Source: Octopus bimaculoides
Taxonomy: Eukaryota
Assembly: GCF_001194135.2 (NCBI RefSeq)
Contig: NC_068987.1
Location: forward strand, 87,825,609 to 87,877,380
Reading direction: 5' to 3'
DNA: 51,772 nt
The translations under genes were made by a program, and so were the position numbers. The notes beneath the pieces are model-generated. The model made no database searches and had not been told where the DNA came from. It saw only the letters and a list, made by a program, of their open reading frames with translations. Positions within the stretch are counted from its first letter, which is position 1. Each line of letters opens with the position of its first letter. Shown piece after piece: positions 11,333-23,789 of the stretch.

Positions 11333-12675
11333 CTGTAACAAAAAACAAAGCAAAAAACATCATAAACACAAAAATCAATACATTACTATCTATAACTTCA
11401 GTGATTCAAATGAGATTGGTAGAGATTTGGATGAGAGAGAGGTAGGGGAAGAGAAGGGAGAGAGGGGAGGTTTATCAGCAGAAAAAGTAATTACAGCAGT
11501 ACACACACACACACACCATATATATATATATCATCACCATCGTTTAACGTCCGTTTTCCATGCTGGCATGGGCTGGACGGTTTGACTGAGAGCTGGAAAA
11601 CCAGGAGGCTGTACCAGGCTCCAGTCTGATCAAGCAATGTTTCTACAGCTGGATGCCCTTCCTAATGTCAACCACTCCGAGAGTGTAGTGGGTGCTTTTT
11701 ACATACCACCAGCATGGGCCAGAGGAGGATGGCATCAACCACGATCAGATGGTGCTTTTTATGTGCCACCGGCACACGAGCCAGTCAAGGTGGTGCTGGC
11801 ATTGGCCACGTTCGGATTGTGCCTTTTATGTGCTACCGGCACAGAAGCCAGTCGGGGCGAGGAGGCTGGCATTGACCATGTTTGGATGGCACTTTTTACG
11901 TGCCACCAGCACAGGGACCATAACTACAATTTCCATTTGATTGTGATTTGATTTCACTTGATGTTGATGTACTTGATTCAATAGGTCTCCTCAAGCAATA
12001 TATAAACACATACATGCACAACAATTATATATACACATATGTATATAAATGTATGTATTCATACATACATATACACACACACACAATCATACCTATATAT
12101 ATATCTGTTTAGACATTCATTCAGTATGGAGGAGAAAAGTCAGGTTTCAACCGAGACCTTTGGCATTATGTTGTGTTTGAGAAGAAGACCCATCAGGCCA
12201 AGCAGACACTAGTGTCACGCAAATGACACCTGTGCCGGTGACACATAAGAAAGCACCCATTGCACTCTCAGAGTGGTTGGTGTTAGGAAGGGCATCCAGT
12301 CATAGAAAACCATGCCAGCCCTGGTCAAACTGTCCAACCCATGCCAGCATGGACAATGGATGTTAAATGATGATGATGATATATGAGAGTTTCCTTGCAA
12401 GTGACTTGATCAGATACAGTGTTGAAATTTCAAGTAATTACAAAACGAAGAAAGAACTATTGTATAAAAATACACAAAAACTGTCAAATTCACTTTTAAT
12501 TTATTTCGTGAAGTGTCAAAAATTTTCTAAACACAAGTTTCTAACAAATCATGAAATAAATAAAATATGAATTTAACAATCTTTCTGTTTTTGAATGACC
12601 AAGATGGTCTCTTCTACAAAGTAACTGTTATACTCACTCACATATGTATGTGTGTGTGTGTGTGTGTGAGTACAT

Positions 12676-13000
12676 ATGAGGGCTATATTATTTGCATAAT
12701 GTGAAGAATATACCAGCCGTAATACCCAAATAATCTTATCAAATTTATAACCCATCCAAAGTTGGGACCCATTGTGCCATATGCTCTTGACACAATTCAG
12801 GCCTAAAGCACATAAACACATTGCAACGCATCTAATTTTCCTCAACAGGCCCTGCTCTGTTTAACATTATCCCAAAACAAATCAAAGAAGAAAAAGATCC
12901 CTTCACCTTCAACGATATTTGGACAAATTTCTTCAGGAGGTACCAAACAAGTTAACTATACCTGGATACATCTCTATCAACAACAACTGTCTACTTGAAT
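12676..13000 (+). mobile_element. Degenerate CR1-clade LINE 3' fragment
   Basis: GPALFNIIPKQIKEEKDPFTF / LDKFLQEVPNKLTIPGYISINNN, with stops and a frameshift. Confidence 0.65.
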
Positions 13001-13377
13001 GTGCCATGATACCACAAATCTCAATTCAAAAATGGCTGAAACAGTTTCTGTAAGATGGTGTTATTAAGTTAAATATATGGCTGAGGCCTATTTTGGCTGA
13101 AAAATATATCAAAGTTCATATATATATATAATGCCAGTGCTGGTGGCACATAAAAAGCACCATTCAAACATGGTTGATGCCAGTGCTACATGACTGGTCC
13201 CCCTGCTGGTGGCATGTAAACGCAACTACTCCACTCTTGGTGTAATTGGCATTAGGAAGGGCATCCAGCGGTAGAAACCTAGCCAGATCAGATTGGAGCC
13301 TCGTGCAGCTTCCTGGTTTGCCAGTCCTCAATCCAACCCATGCTAGCATGGAAAGCAGACATTAAACAATGATAATG

Positions 13378-13418
<41 letters not shown>

Positions 13419-15185
13419 TATATATACATACATAAATATATATATATTTATGTGTGAGTGATGTCAAAATCACACTGATATTTGATTGGCAGCTGATGAG
13501 GGAATTTCCCTGTTTATTTTTGTTATCGTTAATGTCTCAGTGCAGGGATTCTGTCTCAATGATTTATTTTGCTTAAGAAAGATATTTCAGGTTCTTACTT
13601 AGCCTTATCGTTCCTTGGTAGAATGTGTTTTAGTGGTAGCACAATTTTTTTTTCTAGTCACGATGAGGATGATGACTAGAGCAATACTGTTTAGTAAATA
13701 GTAAGTAGCTAAAGTTTGTCAAGATGTAGTTATACCACAGATATGGTGTGTAGGGGGGGGGAGCAGAGAGAGAGATGTAAAATAGAAAGTGCTGCAAAAG
13801 TTAGGTTCTTTTAATAATATTCACCAAAGAAAACAAATAAATAAACTATTAATTCAACACATAAAAAGAAGAGAATGGAAATAGAATCAATATTCCAAAA
13901 GTAATTAAGAAAAAATTAAATTTCTTTACTAAAATTTCTGCCTTTAGATTATTTAAATAATTTTTCAATTCCACCTTAAAGCAGCCAAACCAAATCTGTC
14001 TGGAATAACCATGCTGTGTTCCATTATGATTGATTGTTACAATTTTATTTCTTGATATTTTTTCATTAGTCATGTTTTGAAAAGAATTCCACACTTTATG
14101 CTAACCTACTGATCTAATACATTTTTGAGCTGAAATTTGTCATAGAATTTTTTCCTTCTTGCTTTCTTTTCTTTTCTATTTTCTTTTTTTAAATTTTGTT
14201 TTTGTTGGAAAACTATTAGTCATAATTTCTCTTACCTTCTTATTTTGGATTCACATTCAAGAAACGTATCACCAATATTTTATTATTAAGTTCGAGGAAT
14301 ATTGGCTTTCTTTTTTCAATAATTTATATACCCACTAGGGCATTTATATACATACATGATGATGATGATGATGATATATATATATATATATGAGGCGGTG
14401 AGCTGGCAGAAACGTTAGCACGCCAGGCAAAATGCTTAGTAGTATTTCATCTGCTGTTACGTTCTGAGTTCAAATTCCACCGAGGTCAACTTTGCCTTTC
14501 ATCCTTTCAGGGTTGATTAAATAAGTACCAGTTACGCACTGAAGTCAATGTAATTGACTTAATCCCTTTGTTTGTCCCCTCTGTGTTTAGCCCCCCCCCA
14601 CCCCGTGGGCAATAAAGAAATAAATATATATATATAGACATAGGTGTGGCTGTGTGGTGAAGAAGTTTGTTTCCTAATCCTGTGGTCTTGGGTGTGGACT
14701 ATAGTAGAAGACACTTGCCTAAGGTGCTGTGTAGTAGGACTGAACTCAAAACCATGTAGTTACACAGCAAGTTTCTTAACTGCACAGCAATACTTGTGCC
14801 TATGCAATAATATTCCACCTAATGCAGGGATTGAACTGATGACCCCCCAAGATTAAGGGTCCTATGCTCAACAGACTCAGCTATCCAAGTAGCTTAGGAG
14901 TTCCCACAATTTTCCAACACATTGTTTTGCTAGTTCAGGGCATTTTATGCAACTTTCAAGCAGGGACTTTTTGTTGTTGTTGTTGTTGTTTTTTACTTGT
15001 TTCAGACAATTGACTGTGGTCATGCTGGAGCACCACCATGAAGAACCTTTTTGAATTGAATGAATCGATCTCAGTACTTATTTTTATCTTTTTAAACCAA
15101 ATACTTATTCCATCAGTCTCTTTTGTCAAACCACTAAGTTACGGGGATGTAAACACAGCAACACCAGTTGTCAAGCAGTTGTAGT

Positions 15186-15569
15186 TGTTGGCACTCTGTC
15201 GCTTACGACGTCAAGGGTTCCAGTTGATCCAATCAACGGAACAGCCTGCTCGTGAAATTAACGTGCAAGTGGCTGAGCACTCCATAGACACGTGTACCCT
15301 TAACGTAGTTCTCGGGGAGATTCAGAATGACTCAGAGTGTGACAAGGCTGGCCCTTTGAATTACAGGCACAACAGAAACAGGAAGTAAGAGTGAGAGAAA
15401 GTTGTGGTGAAAGAGTATAGCAGGGTTCGCCACCATCCCCTGCCGGAGCCTTGTGGAGCTTTAGATGTTTTCGCTCAATAAACACTCACAACGCCCGGTC
15501 TGGGAATCGAAACCGCGATCCTATGACCGCGAGTCCACTGCCCTAACCACTGGGCCATTGCGCCTCCAC
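15186..15569 (-). mobile_element. SINE family D, full length, nested in a family B SINE
   Basis: A box tggcccagtgg, B box ggtttcgattcc. Other copies at 985-1354, 38994-39378 (TSD gtgaagat) and 42867-43111. Confidence 0.88.
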
Positions 15570-15692
15570 TGTCACCCACTACTGCTTGACAAACACAGAT
15601 GCAAAGTCACACACACACATATACATATATATGTGATAATGTGAGTTGTCCTTTATTGTATTGTCTTCATGGTGTCTTTCGTGTCGTGGAGC

Positions 15693-15775
15693 ATCCTGAT
15701 GAGGGGAGTGTCTGGTTCTTAAAATATGAAATTCATGTCATATTAACTGACACGTCTCCGAAACGGCCCATCGAT
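15693..15775 (+). ncRNA. Hammerhead-like motif with extended helix II
   Basis: ATC-CTGATGA-GGGGAGTGTC...GACACGTCTCC-GAAA-CGGCCC-ATC-GAT; 10-bp helix II with one bulge; helices I and III are weak. Confidence 0.45.
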
Positions 15776-16247
15776 AAAACTTTTGGATCCATTGAACATT
15801 GTCTCTAATTTTAGTATGTCCGTTTAAGGCTGTAAAATGTCTGACTTTCTACTTTCCACACACTTTGTGTTCTAACTTGAAATCTTTACTCATTATAACA
15901 TATCCTATAAAGTTATCGACGTCTTCTATTTTAAAAAACCTATGTATTTATAAATGTTTTTTATATATTTTAAAATATCTAAATGTTTTTAAATATTCTG
16001 AGTGCTTGTATTCTGCCCTCTAAATTTGAGGTCACTGTAATGTACAAGGAAGGAAAAGAAAAGGCCTATAAATTTAAAAGACGCTGATTGACAGAAAGCT
16101 TGACCATATTCTAATAATTTTTGTGATCTTTTTGTGGCCCATAACAAGCAACTATTAATTTGCCCTTCACTCTTCACTGCCCTCTGATATTTATTGTGTT
16201 TTTTAACATAACTCATCCATTAGAGACATTAACTCCAGACTAATACT

Positions 16248-16467
16248 TTAACCTGTGACCATTCAGATTCCTCTGTTAAATCTTATGCTTATTTATTCAC
16301 CTTGTTTTGAATTAATCATGCATTATCTCATAGCTGTGAGATTTTGATGATGTGATTGTTTATTTTTAGAATGACATTGTAGGGTAGGTATGAGAGGCCG
16401 GATCTGGTCAGTCTGAACATCAAACAGGTTAAATATTTGGGCAGGATATGGCTGGTTTAAGGGTTAA
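16248..16467. mobile_element. Second TTAA-flanked MITE family
   Basis: ttaacct...aagggttaa termini; internal sequence unrelated to the 230-bp family. Confidence 0.55.
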
Positions 16468-17360
16468 ACAGTTAAATATGACACATAGATGGCTATTTTA
16501 ATTAAATACTACCTCAATTGTGTATACTGGATTTTTATTCAACTGGGCAGCTATTTGAGTGTTTTATTAATTTTTCCTCTAACAGAGGTGATGAATTCTC
16601 ACCTGACCAAGTTGTTGGTTGTGAGTGTGCACCAACAAAAATGCTCAAGAAGGCCAAAATGCATCTGGTGTTCTTGCTGACCACAGCCATATGGATGAAT
16701 TTTCATCTCCCTCTGACATTGTGTTTTTAATACAGCAACTTCATAAGAGAAGTTACCTCCATATCCAGTAAGTTCACCATCATCAACTCACTGCAAAGAA
16801 AGTTCACCATCAATTCACTTTTTTTTTCTTTCAATAAAATAGTTTTTAATTATTATGGAGATGTACTTGCATAGCAAGTGACCTGATCTGAGATCGTGTG
16901 CTGGAACGAAAACAATCGCAGGGTGGAAGGTGTTTATAAGCCATTTAAGAAACACACAAAATCTAACGGTTTTTGTGTGTTTCTTAAATGGCTTATAAAC
17001 ACCTTCTACGCTGCAATAGTTTTTAATTATTAATGGTGAAATACTATGGATATATTTTCTCGGTAAACTTTCCTCGTGGTGAACTTTCTTCAGAGTGAAT
17101 TGGTGGCAGTGAACTCTCCTGCGATGAATTGATGGCGGTGAACTTACCTGTGATTGTTATTTCGGGACAAATACTAAAGCAACTGGCCTATCAACACTGT
17201 ATGCATATACATTAAATATGATGCACAGATGGCTGTTACAAGAGAGAGTATATTGTGAAGACCTATGAACTTACATGGAATGACTGACCATGTGGAAGTT
17301 GTTATGCTTTATGTCTCCTGTGTATTTTGGATGACAAATGAATAAAGAACATTTTCTTAC

Positions 17361-17492
17361 CAGCAAAAGATGTTTCTTTCACATCATCCTTCTCAGCATC
17401 ACTTAATGAAGATTGATTCAATTCAGCTGCACTCGACTCCACTGTTTCATTAGCTTTGCTAGGTGACTGAGTTGACTTTTCTGTATTTTTCA
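17361..17492 (-). CDS. DCDC1: DCDC1 exon: MKNTEKSTQSPSKANETVESSAAELNQSSLSDAEKDDVKETSFA, low-complexity insert
   Basis: Acceptor ttgcttatttcag, donor gtaaga, 132 nt, phase 1 to 1, open frame. Confidence 0.78.
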
Positions 17493-18291
17493 CTGAAATA
17501 AGCAAAACAGAATCACGTTTGTTTATATAGAAAGTTGTAGCTGTGTGGTAAGTAGCTTGCTTACCAACCGCATGGTTCCAGGTTCAGTCCCACTGCATGG
17601 CACCTTGGGCAAGTGTCTTCTATTATAATCTCAGGCCTACCAAAGCCTTGTGAGTGGATTTGGTAGATGGAAACTGAAAGAAGCCCATCATATATACATA
17701 TATATATATATATATATATGAATGTGTGTCTGTATTTGTACCCCCAACATCACTTGAGAACTGATGTTGGTGGGTTTATGTCCCCGTAACTTAGCGGTTC
17801 AGCAAAAGAAACCGATAGAATAAGTACTAGGCTTACAAAGAATAAGTCCTGGGGTCAATTTGTTTGACTAAAGGCGGTGCTCCAGCATGGCCGCAGTCAA
17901 ATGACTGAAAGAAATAAAAAAAATTAATAAACAGTCTTGATAAAAGAAAGACATTAAAAAAAAAAGGTCTGATCTTAAGCAGGATGGCTGTGGGGTTAAA
18001 AAGCTCACTTTGAAACCGTGTGGTTTTGGGTTCAATCCTACTGCACAGTACCCTGGTAAGTGTTTTCTACTGACCAATGCCTTGTGAATCAATCTAGAAG
18101 AAACCGATCAAGTGTATGTGTGTGTGTTTCGTGCCTTTAACGATAAGACTGGGAACTTCATATATTGGCAGCACCCACAAGATTTGCGTAGAATTAGGGG
18201 TCAAAGAAACAAAACAATACAAGGTGGACATACACAAGTTAACAAATGTAATTTGAAACGATTGACGAAGATGATAAATAATGCCTGGTTT

Positions 18292-18389
<98 letters not shown>

Positions 18390-19732
18390 NNNNNNNNNNT
18401 CACAAAGCTTTGGTAAAGTAAAAAACATTTTCCCAAAGTGCCACACAATGGGATTGAACCCATGACCAAGCACTTCGGACACAAGCTTCTTAACCACACA
18501 GCTATATTAATCTTTTTTTTTTTTTTTTCCTTTCAGTTCTATGAACTTATAAAGGAATGATGGTCTCTAAACCCCAAAATCTGCTCTTAAACTTCTGCAA
18601 GTCATTTCATTAATTAGAACACCTCATTTCACTGATTAGTTTCAGAACATCTTATACTTAATTACTGATTTAATGGATATGTCTATCACGTGTTAGAGAT
18701 GCGAAGATAAGGTGGTTATTCAACTTTGGAGAATTTGTGAGAAATTTCCACTGATTAGTAAATCTTCACCATTCCTACATCATTTCATTCTTTCAGGCTG
18801 ACATGTATGACCAAAGACGATGGTAAAGGAGGGGGGGAAGACACTGAGGGGAGGATGAGAATGGCTTGGAAACAGTGAAAAAAATGTTGATGATACTGTC
18901 ATTATAGATAGTATTGTTTACTCTGATGATGTCATCTTGGCTGATGGTGATAATGGTATTTGGAGGAGGAGGAGGAGGAGGAAGAGGAAGAGGAGGAGGG
19001 TGGTGATGACAATGCCTATGATGATCTATTTGAGAATGATAATTTTGTTCAATGATGTTGTGGGGATGAATTTCAAGTTTGTTTATAACATTCTTTTATA
19101 ACAGTGATCTTGCTGCCGCTGATGATGATGATGATGATAAGCTTGATGAGATAATGTAATAAACTACATATTTGATGATGATGATGATGGTGGTGGTGAT
19201 ATTTTTGATTATGCTTATGTTCCTGCCACTCCATTTCTCACTCTCTTTCTCTCTCTACCATTCATTATTGATATCTAGTATTTTCTTCTCACATCACTCT
19301 TTTATCTCTCCTTCTTTCTTTTTTTCTTTTCCATTACTCCTCCTTCTTACTAAGCTGTCTCTCTCCTATTACTCTCTCCCTCCCCAATCACAACAATTTT
19401 ATGTTGTTTCTATTCAACCTCATTACCAACAACTGTCATATAACCATCCATCACTCTCTCTCTCTCTCTCTTCTCCTATTACTCTTGTATTGCCCACTTG
19501 CACCTATCACTCTAGGTTTCTTCCATCTCCCTCCCATCATATCTGTCTTCTATTACCCTCTTGCTGCAACCACCCTGGTTATGTTTGGTTAGATCCACAG
19601 TTTGGTACTTATTCTATCAGACTCTTTTGCTGAATCTCTAGGTTATGGGGATGTGAACAAACCAACACCAGTTGTCAGCCAGTGGTGGAACACACAACAC
19701 AAACACACACAATATGCTTCCACACAGTTTCT

Positions 19733-19965
19733 TATTTCTTTATTGCCCATAAGGAGCTAAACACAGAGGGGACAAACAAGGACAGACAAAGGGATTAAAT
19801 CGATTACATCGACCCCAGTGCGTAACTGGTACTTAATTTATCGACCCCAAAAGGATGAAAGGCAAAGTCGACCTTGGCGGAATTTGAACTCAGAACGTAA
19901 TGGCAGATGAAATACCGCTAAGTATTTTGCCCGGAGTGCTAATGTTTCTGCCAGCTCGCCACCTT
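19733..19965 (-). mobile_element. SINE family A, full length, nested in a family B SINE
   Basis: 12-bp TSD cacacagtttct at 19721-19732 and 19966-19977. Confidence 0.88.
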
Positions 19966-20209
19966 CACACAGTTTCTGTCTACCAAACCCTCTCACAAGA
20001 CATTGGTCAGTCTGGGGCTATACTAGAAGACTGTTGCCCCAATGTGTTGTGCATTGAGGTTGAACCCAAAACAACATCACTGCAAAGCAAGCTTCTTAAC
20101 CACACTGCCATGCCTACAGCTAATTTAGTACAATTATGCAAAAAATTATACAAACAGCATGTTTTTCAAGATGCTTAAGCATTAAAACAGATTTTTATAA
20201 ATCCACGAT

Positions 20210-20715
20210 GCACCAATGAAGGGCACCAATGCAGTGCAATGCCCCATTTGTAAACTATTGTCGACCCTCACTTATGGTCATGAATGTTGGGTAATGTCTG
20301 AGAGAGTAGGATTGCAAATACAAGTGACCAAAGTGGGGTTTCTCCAGAGGATTACTGGATCAACATTGCTCAACACAGAACAGAGCTTGGAGATCAGGGA
20401 ATTCTCCAGGTCAAACCACAACTTCTCCGTATTGAGAGGTCACAGTTTTGGTACTATGGGCATTGATTAGAATAATGTAAGGAAAACATCATAAGATGGA
20501 TTCTTCAAGCCAAGTCAACTGGCAGGAGATCTAGAGATCGATAAAGAATAAAGTGGTTGGATGATATCTGTAATTTCAGTTGGTCATGCCTTGGAATCCA
20601 GTTGGGAAGTGTACTGACTGATGCTTCTGACAGGACTCTGTGGAAGAGGGGCCTAAGGACTCTACCCCCAATGGCCTTCCCAAGAATAGTTGTCAGCAAA
20701 AATGGATGGATGGAT
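20210..20715 (+). mobile_element. RTE-clade LINE 3' fragment ending in (GGAT)n
   Basis: TLTYGHECWVMSERV...VGFLQRITG...QLLRIERSQFWYYGH...KWLDDI; aaaatggatggatggat tail. Confidence 0.8.
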
Positions 20716-20865
20716 AAATAGTATGACTAGTACAGTATAGAGTACATTTATATAGTGTTTATTGAGTACAGTGAATTGTACTTTTATATAATATCAATTG
20801 GTCACACTTGGGAATCAAGTCTGAAAGTATAATAACAACTGTTTTTAATAGGACCCTAGGGAGGA

Positions 20866-21450
20866 GATGCCTGAGGATTCTACCCGCATGAAACTTTGTT
20901 GCGACTTCTACTTCCCCTAAGCGATAAGGTTCAGTCGTCTTTTCTGGGCCATCAGAGAACGCACTGACAATGGCACAGAACGCCGCCATGCTTAAGTGGA
21001 CTCATTGGCCAGATCTGAGGACCTCACCAGACCGTTTGATCAGTAGTAGCGACAGGTGGTGTGTACAAAGGGCAGGGATGTGATTGACGTGGGCTGATGA
21101 CCCACACCTACCAGGAATTCCTTGTTCGCGGGGTTGGTTCCAGGCCCTGATCATTATCACAGGAGGTGGTTCAGAGGTTTCCTGACCCTCTCGGGCCGGG
21201 GGGGGGGGGAGGATGCTCTAAGGACATCACAAATCTTTATTGCTCTACTTNNNNNNNNNNGGGGGGGGGGGGAGGATGCTCTAAGGACATCACAAATCTT
21301 TATTGCTCTACTTTCTGCAGCTTTCTGCTGCCTGTCCCTCTAAGAAGCGTTGCGTTCTCCAACTGACTGGCTCGGACGTGACGGTATGCCGCTACTGGGC
21401 TTGCACAGGCTGAGCTGACCGGGTCACTGCCACCGCTCCACAACTGACTG
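20866..21450 (-). pseudogene. Decayed 18S rRNA 3'-end fragment (rDNA pseudogene)
   Basis: Plus strand 21051-21080 gacaggtggtgtgtacaaagggcagggatg versus the reverse complement of the universal motif GACGGGCGGTGTGTACAAAGGGCAGGGACG. Also gaaactttgttgcgacttctacttcc (about 20890), ctaaggacatcacaaatctttattgctc and cctgtccctctaagaag, all in the expected order. Internal deletion present; right boundary approximate. Confidence 0.85.
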
Positions 21451-21601
21451 CCCCATGAGGGGGCAGCAGAAATTGAAGGGAGAGAAAATGGATGGATGGA
21501 TTCCAGACAAGGAGTGTATAGCTGCTGGCTGGTTATAAATGAACCACTGACTCAATTTAAACAAGCATAATGGTTCTTTAAACCATTCTTATCAAACTTA
21601 C

Positions 21602-21770
21602 TGTACTTTTCTTTGATGTAATTCTCAACTTGCAGTATTAGTTCCTGCTTGTAGTTTCGCACAGCCACGTCAATAAGATCTTCAATCACAAGAATCTGAG
21701 TACCATCCTCTGTATACATAGCACGAGCAACATTTGTCAGTCCAAGATTTTGTGTACATTGTGACAATAG
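21602..21770 (-). CDS. DCDC1: DCDC1 exon: LLSQCTQNLGLTNVARAMYTEDGTQILVIEDLIDVAVRNYKQELILQVENYIKEKY, DCX domain
   Basis: Acceptor cttctttcag, donor gtaagt, 169 nt, phase 0 to 1. Confidence 0.92.
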
Positions 21771-22303
21771 CTGAAAGAAGAGGACAGACATTGGTAAATA
21801 AGATTGTGTGTATGTATGTGAGTACCATCATTTTAAACTATGATTGATTGAATACAAACATACATAAGCACACACACACACACACACATTTGATACAGAA
21901 GTATGCTGGAAGGAATGCCACATAACCAAAGGTAATTTTCACTGAGAATACCAAGGAAGTAACTCAACTGTATTATGCAATATGATAAATTGAGTTGTGT
22001 AATAATAACAGATGGTTTACTGAAACACATGTAGGTTTTCTAAAACTTAAAATACCAATCACAATATTTTCTGTGGTTATTACACTAACTTATATATCTT
22101 ATATAAATATGTGTGTGTGTGTGTGTATACATATATATACACACCCCACTACATACAGACATGCAGGAAGTAAATAGACATCTTTAATTTTCAAAATTTC
22201 TGATCTAAGTGTCTTAATATGTTTTCAGCGGTGTAGAATTTACAATGTAATTATTCTTTTTCATTCCAGGTGCCGTTATAGTAAACATTTGTGAAGAGTA
22301 ACC

Positions 22304-22684
22304 ATGCCACGCACAAAAAATTCAGCACAACTGTCAGATTCTCAAAGAGGTCGTATTGTTGGGCAATCTGAGGCTGATCTTAGCCAGTGAAAAATTGCCA
22401 AAAATCTTCAAATTCCTCTTGCTACTGTTAATAGAATTATAGTGCAATTCAAAAGCCAAAGAAAAGAATCAACAGATTCTCGTCCCGGCCAACCTGGGCC
22501 CTTGGAAAGGAAGTTTCGCTGTTTGAAGAGAATTGTGGCAAAGGAACCCCATTCGAAGGCTTCTGACATTCCAAAGCAGCTAGAAGTTAGTCCAAGAACG
22601 TTTGTTACATATATGCATAAGCTTGGATATTATGGACAAGCAGATAGAAGAAAACCTCTCCTTCAACCAATTAATATCAAATAA
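22304..22684 (+). mobile_element. Tc1-family transposase N-terminal (HTH) remnant
   Basis: MPRTKK / LSDSQRGRIVG...[20 protein letters not shown]...SRPGQP...[16 protein letters not shown]; contains a stop and a frameshift. Confidence 0.8.
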
Positions 22685-23038
22685 AAGATTTTGAAAATTA
22701 AAGGTGTCTGTTTATTTCCTGCATGTCTGTGTATATATATTAATCAAAGTATACAGTATTAAAGATCTTTACAGCCAATCATAACAATTGGTTTTGCACC
22801 AGATGTTAGATAACTGGGCAGTTAAGTAATACACATGCTCTTCAGGGATGCAAGTATGGAAAAATAAGGTGACTGCTTTCTGTTATCAGAGAAACACTAG
22901 ACACATTTTAAGAAAGAGTTTCTTATAATTGTGCAACCAGTTTAATGCTTGAAAAGGACAAAAAAGTTTTAACAATTTGGATGCTCATCTTTCATCAAAA
23001 GAGGAGTATATATATGTATCCCCCCCTCTCTATATATA

Positions 23039-23450
23039 TGTGAGGTCTGATCAATAGGTATCCAGACTGTTGCCGTAGTAATGAAGCTAAAGCATGTAGA
23101 GTGAAGCTGCTTGGCAAAGATTAACCTTGCACTCTGCTGTGCATGCGCACTAAATTTTAGCAATCTAGTTCACTTCTGTTGTTTACAGCAGTGCTTGGAA
23201 GGTAAATGTGTAGCGTGTGATCATCACATTGACCATGACAGAGAAAGTTGTCATGGCAATACTTGCTCAGAGGCCTACACAAAGTTGCAGAAAGTGTATG
23301 GAGAGGAGTGTATGAACCACATACAAGCATATGAATGGTTCGGACGTTTCCAAGATGGTCGAAAAAATGTTGATACTGACGTACATTTTGGGAGACCCGC
23401 AACCAGCAAAACTGAGATAAACATTGCAGATGTGCATGCAGCTGTGAGGG
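23039..23450 (+). mobile_element. mariner-family 5' remnant (TIR plus HTH)
   Basis: tgaggtctgatcaataggtatcc end; EAYTKLQKVYGEECMNHIQAYEWFGRFQDGRKNVDTDVHFGRPATS. Confidence 0.85.
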
Positions 23451-23789
23451 GAAGATGTGCATGCAGCTGTGGGGAGGAGGTGGAGGAAATAGAAATGGGT
23501 TAAGGGAAAGGTGGTGGTAAATGGTTGTACAAAAGGCAAGTGGAGAGCAGCAGTAAAATAAATCATAGATGAAAAATAAGAATATGATGAGAAGTACAAG
23601 GAGAGAGAGAGAGAGAGAGAGAGAGTAAGATATGCAGTGACAGAGATGGAGGTCAGAGATACAAAAGGGTGGATATAGTGAGTGATGATTAAAAGTGAAT
23701 TTGCACATTATGACAGATATGAGAGGGTGTTAAGGCAAAGAAATAACATTAATAAAATACAACAAAAATTGAGTCTGGTAATGACTTAC

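Noticed and set aside
13849-14094. 81-aa minus-strand ORF (KIVTINHNGTQHGYSRQIWFG) faintly like a DCX start or LINE end
   Set aside because: No acceptor gives an open phase-1 entry, and the flanking exons already join in frame.
15490-15569. tRNA-like sequence with A and B boxes (also the heads of families A and B)
   Set aside because: It continues into a SINE body with a TSD and lacks a complete cloverleaf, so it is not a tRNA gene.
16560-16730. Exon-like block with ag/gt signals on both strands
   Set aside because: In-frame stop in the required phase and no recognisable homology.
21200-21310. Apparent 50-bp tandem duplication in the 18S fragment
   Set aside because: Identical sequence on both sides of a 10-N gap indicates an unmerged contig overlap.
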